Positions 35,466 to 44,298 of a DNA stretch of 44,298 nucleotides are shown here, piece after piece; position 1 is the first letter of the stretch; every line of letters begins with the position of its first letter. The notes beneath the pieces were generated by a model. It searched no databases. It saw only the letters and a list, made by a program, of their open reading frames with translations, and was not told where the DNA came from. The translations under genes were made by a program, and so were the position numbers. Origin of the DNA: a virus (Duplodnaviria > Caudoviricetes); the IMG/VR virus record IMGVR_UViG_3300033067_000664, positions 1 through 44,298 of that record; one strand, given 5' to 3'.

Positions 35466-36841
35466 TGGATAACTTCCTTCAATCGCTGATTCCAGGCACC
35501 CAGGACATGCCCGAGGACCGCTTTGCCGCGTCCCGGTTTCCGGCGCCACAAGCCCCTCAGGCCCCAACCGCTGCCGAACAGCCGCGCAAGAAGGTATCCA
35601 CGCTGGACCTCGTTGGAACCATCCTCGACGGCATCGCCTCCATGGGTGGCTCCGAGCCGCAATACTGGCCGACCATCAACGCCCGGGCCAAGCAGCAACA
35701 GGACGCGCAGAACGACGCTGCGAAGAACGCCTTCTACCAGGCACAGACCTACCACACCAACATGGACGCGGCAACGGCGCGGGCAAAGCTTGTAGCCCCG
35801 CTCGCCGAGCGTGCGCTGCTGGCCTACAAGAACGCAGGCCCGCAAGGTCTGGAGAAGATACTTCCGGCGTTCTACCAGACGCTGCATCTCACTCCGGACG
35901 AGGTCAATCAGTACCATACGGCAATCATGAACGATCCGGAGGGAATGCTGGGTGCGCTGTCCTCTTATGGGAAGGAGGACAAGGCGCCAACCTATGCCCT
36001 ACAGCCCGTCCGCGTCATTAACCGGGCCACTGGCGAGACGCGCCTTATCCAGATGGCTAGCAATGGCGGCATGAGATACGACACCCTTCCGCAAGGCTTT
36101 GAAATCGCCGACCCGCTCCAGTTTGTTGACCAAGGCACCCAGATTCAGCCCACTAGCAAGCAGACTGCTGCTCCTGTTGCGGACCCTGTTCCTGTGTCCG
36201 GGCGACCGGCTGTTGGCGATGTGCAGGTGCCGAGCCCCACGGGAGCGCCAACCAATCAGTTTTATCAGGCTCCCGGGTCCCAGGCTTATCAAGAGCGCAT
36301 GGACAAGGCGACCGAAGGCGTCAACAAGACCCAAGGCCTAAGCGTGGCCTTTGACGCCGCCGACCGGGAGATAGCCGGCCTAGAAAAAGAGATCGAGGTC
36401 CTTAAGAACGCAGGCGGCATGACTGGCGTTAAGGGCCAGGGATGGCTCGGCAATGCGCAAGCGTGGGCCTACCAGAACATTCCAGGATACGAACGCATCA
36501 CCAATTCCGACGCCGGTTCGGCGCGAAAGTCTATCGACACGATTACTACCAATCTTTCGACGAATCTTGGTAATGCCATCAAAGAGGCAACCAACGCGGG
36601 AGTTCCAATGACCTCGCGCCTGATGGATACGCCAGCGGAAGTTCAACGCTTCAAGGACGCGATTACCAATGCGGACGACTACAAGTCAGCGGTTGATGCC
36701 CTGAAAGAGTTTAAGACCTTCGTCACGGAATCTCGAAAGCTTCTACGTCAGCAGATCGTGAAATCTCAGGCGCGCAAGAACCAGGTAGGGCGCGCGCCAT
36801 CCAATATCCCGGTTTCCGAGCCTACCATTTCGAACTGGTGA
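35465..36841 (+). CDS. ejection/DNA transfer protein (gp20-like position)
   Basis: 458-aa helical ORF in the ejection module. Confidence 0.65.
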   Translation: MDNFLQSLIPGTQDMPEDRFAASRFPAPQAPQAPTAAEQPRKKVSTLDLVGTILDGIASMGGSEPQYWPTINARAKQQQDAQNDAAKNAFYQAQTYHTNMDAATARAKLVAPLAERALLAYKNAGPQGLEKILPAFYQTLHLTPDEVNQYHTAIMNDPEGMLGALSSYGKEDKAPTYALQPVRVINRATGETRLIQMASNGGMRYDTLPQGFEIADPLQFVDQGTQIQPTSKQTAAPVADPVPVSGRPAVGDVQVPSPTGAPTNQFYQAPGSQAYQERMDKATEGVNKTQGLSVAFDAADREIAGLEKEIEVLKNAGGMTGVKGQGWLGNAQAWAYQNIPGYERITNSDAGSARKSIDTITTNLSTNLGNAIKEATNAGVPMTSRLMDTPAEVQRFKDAITNADDYKSAVDALKEFKTFVTESRKLLRQQIVKSQARKNQVGRAPSNIPVSEPTISNW

Positions 36842-36844
36842 CCC

Positions 36845-39535
36845 ATGCGGAATGTCACAGTCACATTTGCCGATGGTAGCCAGCATACCTACCAGAATGC
36901 TCCGGACGATATCACTCCGGAGGACGTGACTGCTCGCGCTCAACAGGAATTTGGCCAGCCGGTTACTGCGCTGGATGGAGGGCGTGCATCTCCCCTCCTT
37001 GAGGACATGCAGAACGCCACTCGCATTGGAGCGCGTGACGCGGCGAAGGCGGTCGAATACAAGCCGAGCGTGCGCGTTGGGCCGCAGGGAGGGGATAAGG
37101 TTTCCACGTCGACGCTATCGGATCTGGTTGCGGGGAGTCCGAAGGTGACATCGCGGCAGGAGGAGGTCGAGCAGATCGCCCGCAGCCGTTATGACCAACA
37201 GCGCAAAATGAACATGGTAAAGGACATCCCCGTTCTTGGCCCGTTGACGGATTATAGCAATGCCACAATGGCGTCGGTCGCAAATACCATCGGCGCTGGA
37301 CCGAGGCTGGTTGCGGGATATCGCTCGCTGGTCAATGGAACGCCATATCGGGATGAGTTCGATGTTGCTGAAGCCGAAAACCGGCTTGAGCGCGGGGCGT
37401 CAACGGCTGGCGATGTCACGGGCATGGTCATGGGAGGAGCTGGACTGACGGGTGCGGGAAGTGCCGTTACAGGGCGCCTTGCAGCCAGCGGTGTGCCAAT
37501 TATTGCCCGCGCAGGAAATGCGCTAGAGCGAGCCGCGACGCTCCGGGCGGGGGAGTGGATACCCAACACCCTTAAGATTATCGGGGTTGGCGCTGGCACG
37601 GGTGCGTTGCAGTCGGCCGGCGAAGGAAGCGACGTAAAGAAAGGGGCGATTGCTGGCGCAGTTGCGGCACCTCTTGTTGTTGGTGGGATCAATCTTGTCC
37701 GCGGGGCAGGTTCCTACATCCGGAACTTGACGCGGCCATACTCCAGCAATGTGGACCGAGCCGCACAGGAAATTATCACTGAAGATCCAAACATTATAAG
37801 AAACCGCCAAGAGGATTTGAGCGCGCGGACCGGCAACAATGTCCCGGCGATTGCCGCCCTCAATGACCAGGATTACCAGCGCGTCGCGACTCGTTTGCTG
37901 AAAGAATCTCCAGAGGCAAATGCTGTTGCGAAGCAAGAGACGGCCAATAACATCCGCGGTTTCATGAACCGAATGATCAGCCATGTAAACCGTGCTGGTC
38001 AGAGCGCCGATGCAATGAACGCCTCGGTCGAGGATTTGGTGCGCCTGCGCCGGGATACCGCCAATGAGATGATGGCGCCAATTGAGAACGAGGTCATGGA
38101 CCTTTCGAGGTTGCGACTTGGCGACCTGGAGCAGGAACTCACTGATCGCATTGGTGGCCGGATTACTGACCTAGCGCCACGCGTCCGGATGGCTCTGCGC
38201 GGGACCGCAGAAGGTGGACCAGTCAATGTAACTGTTCGAGAACTGGACGATCTTCGCCAAGCGCTTGATGGCGCGAGTAAGTCTACAATGAACTCTAATC
38301 CTGGAGAGAGCATGGCATATCGCAATGCAGCGGTTGCCATCCGTAATTTCGTCAACGACGCCCATCCTGAATTCGGAGCGATGGTTGATGAATATGCTCG
38401 GCGGTCGCGGATGATTGAGGGCTTCCAAACGACGGCGGCGGGGAAACGAATTTCGGATGTAAAGAACCCGGTACTCAGCGACAACCTGCGCACCAATGAG
38501 GGCCGCATCGGAATGCGTGCTGGCGAACTTTTCCGTCAGCGAGAGGCAGTTGCTAGGTCGCCTTCCTCAGCCATCAACGCTGCTCGGGATTATGCGGCTG
38601 AAGGAAAGCTTACGCGACAGGCTAACCCGCTCGACCCAATGGCTGCGCAGCCTGGGACCGTGACCGAAAACCTCAATCCGACCGCCGCTGCTAACTTGGC
38701 CGACGCCTCCCGTGTCGAATACGACACCGTTCAGCGGATGCTTCAGGCTGGCCGTATCAATGCCGCAGACGTGCCGAACGAGGTGCTGGATAGCCCCGAG
38801 ACCATGATCTATGGGGCGCTGACTGGTGGGAAGGCAGGGTTCTGGAGGTTGGCAGGCCGCTTGGCGGGGACGCTCCCGACAAACGTATCGCCGGGTGTGT
38901 CTGAAAATCTGACGCGGATGCTGTTCAGCAATAACCCCGCACAAACAGAACAAGCGCTGCGCGCCCTTGAGCGAGTCGGAGTTACGCGCCAAATGGTCCG
39001 TGGCTTGATGAGCACCCAAATTCCTACGGCCACGTCGGCGATTGGGGCGGCTCGTCAGAAAACTCAACAGCCTGAAGAACCGCAGCCCATTCCCGAAGAC
39101 ACACAAACGGCTCCCGGGCCTCAGTCCTATGATGATCACCTGGAGAACTTGCTTCAGGACCAACCACCTGAACTTGCCGCTTTGGCATCTCGCGTCGAAC
39201 AGGCTGAAAGTGCTGGAAATCAAGAAGCGCGCTCCTCGAAGGGCGCGACCGGCGTCATGCAGGTAATGCCTGATACGGCGCCCGAGGCAGCCCAGCTTGC
39301 TGGCGTAAGCTTTGACAAGGACCTCTATGAAAACGATCCGGAATACAACCGCCTGCTTGGCACTGCCTACCTAATGGAAATGCTTCGCCAGTTCGACGGC
39401 GATGTAGCCCACGCCGTGGCTGCTTACAATGCAGGCCCCAATGCGGTCCGCAAGGCCATTGAGAAACGTGGAAGCCGCTGGCTCCAGGCCCTTCCCGACG
39501 AGACCCAGGAATACGTCCAGAGGGTGCTCGGATGA
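36845..39535 (+). CDS. large ejection protein with C-terminal lytic transglycosylase (SLT) domain
   Basis: AESAGN..ARSSKGATGVMQVMPDTA...AVAAYNAGP...ETQEYV. Confidence 0.88.
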   Translation: MRNVTVTFADGSQHTYQNAPDDITPEDVTARAQQEFGQPVTALDGGRASPLLEDMQNATRIGARDAAKAVEYKPSVRVGPQGGDKVSTSTLSDLVAGSPKVTSRQEEVEQIARSRYDQQRKMNMVKDIPVLGPLTDYSNATMASVANTIGAGPRLVAGYRSLVNGTPYRDEFDVAEAENRLERGASTAGDVTGMVMGGAGLTGAGSAVTGRLAASGVPIIARAGNALERAATLRAGEWIPNTLKIIGVGAGTGALQSAGEGSDVKKGAIAGAVAAPLVVGGINLVRGAGSYIRNLTRPYSSNVDRAAQEIITEDPNIIRNRQEDLSARTGNNVPAIAALNDQDYQRVATRLLKESPEANAVAKQETANNIRGFMNRMISHVNRAGQSADAMNASVEDLVRLRRDTANEMMAPIENEVMDLSRLRLGDLEQELTDRIGGRITDLAPRVRMALRGTAEGGPVNVTVRELDDLRQALDGASKSTMNSNPGESMAYRNAAVAIRNFVNDAHPEFGAMVDEYARRSRMIEGFQTTAAGKRISDVKNPVLSDNLRTNEGRIGMRAGELFRQREAVARSPSSAINAARDYAAEGKLTRQANPLDPMAAQPGTVTENLNPTAAANLADASRVEYDTVQRMLQAGRINAADVPNEVLDSPETMIYGALTGGKAGFWRLAGRLAGTLPTNVSPGVSENLTRMLFSNNPAQTEQALRALERVGVTRQMVRGLMSTQIPTATSAIGAARQKTQQPEEPQPIPEDTQTAPGPQSYDDHLENLLQDQPPELAALASRVEQAESAGNQEARSSKGATGVMQVMPDTAPEAAQLAGVSFDKDLYENDPEYNRLLGTAYLMEMLRQFDGDVAHAVAAYNAGPNAVRKAIEKRGSRWLQALPDETQEYVQRVLG

Positions 39536-39536
39536 C

Positions 39537-39737
39537 CTACTTGAACGCGATTACACCTAGTAACGCGATAATGACAATAAGCAGTGTCACGACTGGGCTC
39601 GCTGCTAGACCAGCAATCAGGGCCGCCAGGATGGCGCCCACGACGATCAGGACTAGGGCCATCTTTACGAGGCCGACAACGAATAGAAACAGCCCTTCGC
39701 CGAAACTGTGTCCCGATCCCCAGAATGGCTCGCCCAT
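39537..39737 (-). CDS. small two-TM membrane protein (antisense moron)
   Basis: very hydrophobic 66 aa, opposite to the late operon. Confidence 0.65.
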   Translation of the reverse strand: MGEPFWGSGHSFGEGLFLFVVGLVKMALVLIVVGAILAALIAGLAASPVVTLLIVIIALLGVIAFK

Positions 39738-39830
39738 TCACACCACCTGCATCACAACCCAGACGATGCCCAGCAGGGTCATCCCGGTCACGAACGAAAC
39801 CACCTGTTTGATAAGCCAGCCGCGCCCCAT
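39738..39830 (-). CDS. 30-aa hydrophobic micro-protein
   Basis: MGRGWLIKQVVSFVTGMTLLGIVWVVMQVV; TTGAAT-N17-CATATT 7 nt before the ATG; stop abuts the next ATG. Confidence 0.5.
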   Translation of the reverse strand: MGRGWLIKQVVSFVTGMTLLGIVWVVMQVV

Positions 39831-40001
39831 GAGGGGGAATATGCGACTCATTACGGAGACATTCAAGATTTAGCAGCGCCCGCCTGACCGAGGGCTAATC
39901 GATCAGGCGAGCTGGGCCATAACCCACGACGGAGTGAGTCATGACTTGGGGCAACGGTAATCAGGTGTGGGGCGGAAGCGCCAGAGCGAAGGCGCACCAA
40001 A

Positions 40002-40325
40002 ATGAGCGATGACAAGTTCTCGGAGACGCGCGAGATGGTGATCAGACAGCAAACCCAGATCGAAGCCTTGGCGGCCGGACAGGCGCGCATCGAGGCGAAA
40101 CTCGACAAGATTTGCGAGGACAACGAGGACCAGCACCGGCAGGCCCGGGAGATGATTACCCATGGCCTTGGCCGGGTGCATGAGCGCCTGAATGTGATGA
40201 TCGTCGGCGGGTTCGGCGCAGCGATTGGCGTCATCGCCTACCTGCTGGTCTACGGCGCACCTTGGGTCACCAAGGAACAATACAAGGACGACATCGGCTC
40301 GATCATCCAGGAGATCAGGAAGTGA
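40002..40325 (+). CDS. coiled-coil, single-TM lysis-module protein (holin/antiholin-like)
   Basis: precedes the endolysin; one C-terminal TM. Confidence 0.55.
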   Translation: MSDDKFSETREMVIRQQTQIEALAAGQARIEAKLDKICEDNEDQHRQAREMITHGLGRVHERLNVMIVGGFGAAIGVIAYLLVYGAPWVTKEQYKDDIGSIIQEIRK

Positions 40326-40780
40326 TCGAGCCCATCCAGTTCCAGCACCTTGTCCGCGCCACGCTACAGGGCTTCACGGCAATCCCCTATACGGTTGAGG
40401 CGGAAACCCTCCTCTTGATGACGGCTGCCCATGAAAGCCGCCTGGGGGAGTTCCTGTATCAGTTGAAGGGTCCCGCTCGAGGAGCGTGGCAGATGGAGCC
40501 CGCGACCATCGATGACCATTATCAGTGGCTCGCTGGAAAGCCTTCTATCCGTCAGGCCGTAGAGGGGCTGAGGCCGCCTGCAATCCGCCCCGCCGACGCA
40601 CTGGTGGGCAATCTGCCCTATGCCTGTGCCATGGCGAGGATTCACTACTACCGCCGCACCGGGCCTCTCCCAAAGGATCTGGACGGCATGGCGGCGCTGG
40701 CCAAGCACGTATTCAACACCGACCTTGGGAAGGCAACCCCGCAGGATTATCGAGATGCCTATGCCAAATTTTACGGGTAA
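40322..40780 (+). CDS. endolysin (lysozyme-like fold)
   Basis: LLLMTAAHES.LG..L.Q..GPARGAWQMEPAT...YACAMARIHY...FNT.LGK. Confidence 0.7.
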   Translation: MIEPIQFQHLVRATLQGFTAIPYTVEAETLLLMTAAHESRLGEFLYQLKGPARGAWQMEPATIDDHYQWLAGKPSIRQAVEGLRPPAIRPADALVGNLPYACAMARIHYYRRTGPLPKDLDGMAALAKHVFNTDLGKATPQDYRDAYAKFYG

Positions 40781-41039
40781 GCCCTCATGGAGGATACGCC
40801 GGCTGGTCATCTTCGCCGTGCTGGCGCTGTGCTTCTACGTGGTCATCCGGATTACCGAGAGCAGCCGGGACCGTCCCGTCGATGAGGTTCTGGTGATGGC
40901 AGCGTTCGGCACCATCACGGCCGTAGTCGGCGCCTACGTGTTCGGCGCGACATGGGAGACGGTGAAACTGGAGCCGCCGCGGCGTAGGGCTTCCGGTGCC
41001 GATTACGACAACACCAGCACATACGACTTCGGAGGCTGA
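40755..41039 (+). CDS. holin-like two-TM protein
   Basis: WRIRRLVIFAVLALC...VVGAYVFGATWE; between endolysin and spanins. Confidence 0.65.
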   Translation: MPMPNFTGKPSWRIRRLVIFAVLALCFYVVIRITESSRDRPVDEVLVMAAFGTITAVVGAYVFGATWETVKLEPPRRRASGADYDNTSTYDFGG

Positions 41040-41040
41040 C

Positions 41041-41457
41041 ATGATCGCCGCCATCCTCTCCGCATGGACCTGGATACGCACCGCATGGCCGTGGCTTCGA
41101 TATGTCGCGGGTGGGATTGCCGTCCTAATCGCCCTTGGCTGGCTCTACAGCGCCGTCTGGAATCGGGGCTATGAAGCGGCGGATGATAAGTGGAAGGCCG
41201 CTCAGCGTGCCGCAGAAGCCAAAGCACAGGCCGATAGCTGGGCGCTGGTCGGCAACATCAACGCGCTGGACGTAAGCCTCTCGGCCGACATGGCGGAAAC
41301 CCAAAAAGCAAGGACCCTTTACCGTGATCGCATCAGAACGGTGGCTGTTGATGTTTATCGTGATCGCCAGTGCGATCTTCCTGACAGCGTGTGGAACGAC
41401 CTCAACGCCGTCCGGGCGCTTACAGCTCGCCCCTTTACCGGAACAGATAGCCGCTGA
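41041..41457 (+). CDS. i-spanin (Rz-like)
   Basis: N-terminal TM, coiled coil, C-terminal Cys. Confidence 0.75.
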   Translation: MIAAILSAWTWIRTAWPWLRYVAGGIAVLIALGWLYSAVWNRGYEAADDKWKAAQRAAEAKAQADSWALVGNINALDVSLSADMAETQKARTLYRDRIRTVAVDVYRDRQCDLPDSVWNDLNAVRALTARPFTGTDSR

Positions 41458-41605
41458 CTGCCCGGCGCTTTCCCCGGTGGCTGACAAGTCAGTGCCTACG
41501 CTGGCGACCGCCGATGCTGATGCCGTGCTGGCGTACCGAGACTGCCAGGCCAAACATCACAGGGCTGTGGAAGCCTACGAAGCGGCGCGCGCTGTGGGGA
41601 GGTAG
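41351..41605 (+). CDS. o-spanin (Rz1-like lipoprotein)
   Basis: lipobox FLTAC; overlaps the Rz 3' end in another frame; DCP...YRDCQAKH. Confidence 0.75.
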   Translation: MFIVIASAIFLTACGTTSTPSGRLQLAPLPEQIAADCPALSPVADKSVPTLATADADAVLAYRDCQAKHHRAVEAYEAARAVGR

Positions 41606-41900
41606 GTGCGGCTCGTACCTACCCTATGGGCTCCACCGACAAGCAGTGTTTCAGAACCAGCCGCACCCAAGCGCATTCTACCACCGCGCTCTACTCTGCG
41701 CGACCCTTGGTTGGTTAGTCCGTTATTAATCGTCGCGGCGACGGTAATTATCCGTCGTCCATCCTGTCCTCTGATAGTCGGTGCGGCCCCCGGCTCCTGA
41801 TTGACGCATAGCGCCCTACAACCTTGCGGATGATCGGAGTTGTTCCGGCGTTGCCGCACCACCCCACATTATAGCCTACATAGGGGATGGGGGCGAGGGG

Positions 41901-42236
41901 TTAGGCTGCGTCGTACTTGGCTTTCAGCGCGGCATATACTTGGCGCTCATACGCTTCATTGCGGCGCTTCTGGTCGGCCTCAGCCTCGTCGAGCGCTCGC
42001 TGGCGGATAGCCAATTCCTCGTCGGTTTCCTCGCGGTCTACGATGTAGCAAACGTCCGGCTTGGTGTACCCGCCATAGTAATCATATTCATAGTCCAGCT
42101 TGACATATCCACCGCCACCGATTTCCTCGACGGCCTCATTGATGCGGGCAAGAAAGTCGGCAATAGGAACCGTTTCTCCTTCCTCATCCAAAAGGTAAAT
42201 GGCGGTGGATAATGTCTTTTTGGTGAGCTTTGTCAT
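41901..42236 (-). CDS. hypothetical protein
   Basis: REETDEE...YAALKAKY motif; downstream of the tRNA. Confidence 0.7.
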   Translation of the reverse strand: MTKLTKKTLSTAIYLLDEEGETVPIADFLARINEAVEEIGGGGYVKLDYEYDYYGGYTKPDVCYIVDREETDEELAIRQRALDEAEADQKRRNEAYERQVYAALKAKYDAA

Positions 42237-42265
42237 TGGATTTACCCTATACTGAACGGATTACA

Positions 42266-42339
42266 TGGTTCCGAGTGTAGGGGTCGAACCCACATTGCAG
42301 CGACCAAAGCGCTGTGTCCTACCATTAGACGAACTCGGA
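42266..42339 (-). tRNA. tRNA-Gln(UUG), CCA encoded
   Basis: TCCGAGT/ACTCGGA acceptor stem, D arm GTC-TAATGGTAG-GAC, anticodon arm CAGCG-CTTTGGT-CGCTG, T loop GGTTCGACC. Confidence 0.95.
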
Positions 42340-42407
42340 GCAGGCGCAATTAAGCGCGTTGCTGTCGGTCTTGCCGTCGAATGGTGGTCATGTGGTTCAT
42401 GAAGTGG

Positions 42408-42437
42408 ATTATACCCCATATCGGCGCCCACATTCAA
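42408..42437 (-). promoter_or_regulatory. sigma70-like promoter upstream of the tRNA
   Basis: TTGAAT-N18-TATAAT. Confidence 0.65.
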
Positions 42438-42464
42438 GGAGACAGCTCCAGACGGGGTCATGGC

Positions 42465-42737
42465 TCACTCGTCATCGAAGTCAATTGAGGCTTCGCCGTC
42501 GTGCTCGACCATAACGTTGACACCCTTGCGTTCTCCGGGCCTCAAGAAAGCGCTGATTAGGACGCCGCCATCACATGCCGGGAATGCGCGTATTTTGTCG
42601 CAACCAGCTGCCGTCAGCAGGTCAGCTATTTGAACTGCCACTGCCTCCGCTTCTCTGGTAAGCCCGACGCCCGTTCCATAGTGCCACCCGTCCGGCAAGC
42701 GCTTGAACTCCAGAAGCTGCGCCATGATCTTGCTCAC
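42465..42737 (-). CDS. hypothetical protein
   Basis: LPDGWHYG.G...FP..DGGV motif; AGGAGG RBS. Confidence 0.7.
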   Translation of the reverse strand: MSKIMAQLLEFKRLPDGWHYGTGVGLTREAEAVAVQIADLLTAAGCDKIRAFPACDGGVLISAFLRPGERKGVNVMVEHDGEASIDFDDE

Positions 42738-42807
42738 TGAATCGTCCTCCTGCTAGTCCAGTTCCCCCAGAGCACTAAGGGGCGCGCATCCGGGAGCGTT
42801 CGGCGGC

Positions 42808-43029
42808 TCACCATGTGTCGGGATGGTCTATGGTCATTGTCGCGCCGTGGCATTTTGGCCAGCCGTGGCGTAGCGCGTGTGCCGCATCGACGGATTGCTC
42901 TCGACCGCATTCCCTGCACCATACCTTTCCGCGCGCCAGTGAAGGATGTGACTGAGCCATTTTGCTGTGGAGGCCCGCACTGCCTCGGACTGCGCTTTCA
43001 AACTTGTCGAATTCATCCATTGTCATCAT
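42808..43029 (-). CDS. small zinc-binding protein
   Basis: VWCRECG...GWPKCHGATMTID. Confidence 0.7.
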   Translation of the reverse strand: MMTMDEFDKFESAVRGSAGLHSKMAQSHPSLARGKVWCRECGREQSVDAAHALRHGWPKCHGATMTIDHPDTW

Positions 43030-43032
43030 CTC

Positions 43033-43200
43033 CTATTCCCCGTCCAGCGAGGAGCCGGATTGGGGCGGGTTGTCAGAGGGTTGAAGGCGGCGCTCCAATT
43101 CGTCCATGGCCGCCCACACGTTGGTTACGCCGAACCGATTGGTGGTCGCAATCTCCCGCAGCTCAGCCTCCGTCATGTCCCGAAAGGCTTTGTTTAGCAT
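43033..43200 (-). CDS. hypothetical protein
   Basis: start trimmed to MLNKAF. Confidence 0.5.
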   Translation of the reverse strand: MLNKAFRDMTEAELREIATTNRFGVTNVWAAMDELERRLQPSDNPPQSGSSLDGE

Positions 43201-43421
43201 CCCCTTCTCTCCTGCAGGATGGCCTCTATCTCGGCAAGCGGCTCCTCGGGGCATTCCATGATGATCTTGAGAACGTCGCGGGCGTGGCGCTTCTTGTCCT
43301 TGGACAAGCCATCCCAGAAGTCCATTGAGCCACCGCGTTGAGCGCCGTATTCGTGATCGAAGAGCACCATGGCCATGCGCGCGGCCCGGTGCGGGGTCAG
43401 GTTGCGTTGTGCGCTGCTCAT
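43194..43421 (-). CDS. hypothetical protein
   Basis: EYGAQRGGSMDFWDGL; ATGA coupling. Confidence 0.65.
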   Translation of the reverse strand: MSSAQRNLTPHRAARMAMVLFDHEYGAQRGGSMDFWDGLSKDKKRHARDVLKIIMECPEEPLAEIEAILQERRGC

Positions 43422-43792
43422 CGGTCTGCCTCCTGTGCGGCGGTGATCATGGCGCGGTAGACGGCCCCAGCGTTACATCGCCAGCCGGTCACTGCGTCCG
43501 CATCATGGCAAGCATCGACCATCGCCTCAGTCGGCTCTACAGGCACGCACGCGATCCCCGCATCCTTCAGCGCCTTCTCGACCGCTGCGGCGCAGAGTGA
43601 ATCAAGGTGGGCTTGGCAGGCGTTGTAATCGCCCCGATGGAGGACGGAATAGGCCATCCATTCGTCATCGGTATACTGTTGCAACTCGAACCCAGTTATC
43701 GCCCCTTCATCGTCTCGGACTTCATCAATGATGTAGCGGCCACTATCCCGCTCGTCGGTCCACGCTGCTGCTATCAGTTGGGTTAGGTCCAT
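43418..43792 (-). CDS. hypothetical protein (VPVEPTEAM...YRAMI motif)
   Basis: common phage early-gene C-terminal motif. Confidence 0.7.
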   Translation of the reverse strand: MDLTQLIAAAWTDERDSGRYIIDEVRDDEGAITGFELQQYTDDEWMAYSVLHRGDYNACQAHLDSLCAAAVEKALKDAGIACVPVEPTEAMVDACHDADAVTGWRCNAGAVYRAMITAAQEADR

Positions 43793-43802
43793 GGCTGTGT
43801 CC

Positions 43803-44183
43803 TCAGGCGGCGGGGAGAACGGCGGGAAGCGTCATGGGCGCCATCAAGCCTCCGCCGTCAAAGCGCTGCCACTTGCGCTCCATGCCGACCACAGCGCGTC
43901 CAAGCCATATGCCGTAGCCTTCGCGCCAGTGCTCCACCATCTCCTCCTTCACCATCTCGTAGACGAAGCCGGAGCACACCTTGACGAGCCATTCTCGGAC
44001 GGCGATGCAGTGGGCGCAAACCTTCATCTCCAAGATGCTGCCCTCAATCTGTCCCTTGGCGAACTCGTAGCGCTCACCGGGCAGGATCGCGCGCCAGCAC
44101 TCGATACACCGATGCTCTTTTCGAGCACGGCGCTCCTCTCGGTTAAACCAATCCCAAGACTCACAATTGTCGATCATACACAT
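43803..44183 (-). CDS. zinc-binding phage protein
   Basis: ARKEHRCIEC...I.PGERYE...KVCAHC; GAGGAG RBS. Confidence 0.75.
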   Translation of the reverse strand: MCMIDNCESWDWFNREERRARKEHRCIECWRAILPGERYEFAKGQIEGSILEMKVCAHCIAVREWLVKVCSGFVYEMVKEEMVEHWREGYGIWLGRAVVGMERKWQRFDGGGLMAPMTLPAVLPAA

Positions 44184-44298
44184 CGCTCAGTTCTCCTCGG
44201 GCGTCATGCGGCACACTGGGTGCATCAGCTTCCCCCTGCGGAACGGGGCGCGGCGCACTTACCACAAGGCGCGGGAAACCAGCGGAAACCATGGGTTC

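Noticed and set aside
40755-40763. Lambda S-type dual-start holin (Met-Pro-Met)
   Set aside because: No basic residue between the two starts, so antiholin logic is unsupported
41606-41800. ORF after the spanins
   Set aside because: Atypical composition with no recognisable motif; cannot be supported
42266-42339. tRNA as attachment site or host boundary
   Set aside because: Phage-like genes continue on both sides, and no duplicate of its 3' end was seen in the window

Overview
The window is almost a whole temperate podovirus or prophage genome with a P22-like morphogenesis module. The host is probably alphaproteobacterial, judged from the SSB, GcrA-like and DnaA-domain-IV-like genes. Layout: leftward early genes (1-8.5 kb and 41.9-44.2 kb; Erf, SSB, many small hypotheticals, tRNA-Gln), a cI/cro switch with matching operators (8.5-9.7 kb), rightward RusA/MTase/replication genes, then terS...terL, portal, scaffold, coat, tail hub, ejection proteins and lysis. 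No integrase is visible; the window starts inside an excisionase-like gene. Main non-obvious finding: a 3,110-bp non-autonomous IS1595-family (ISNwi-type ends) element at 13190-16299. It has 24-bp inverted repeats and an 8-bp AGCGCGCT target duplication, is built from two different transposase 3' halves fused back-to-back, carries Bro-N and Panacea cargo, and interrupts a phage gene. Other findings: a dif-like XerD site between terS and terL, a split gp10-like tail gene, several leaderless antisense micro-genes, and a Gln-codon leader ORF just before the phage tRNA-Gln. All product calls come from motif recognition by eye; no database searches were run.
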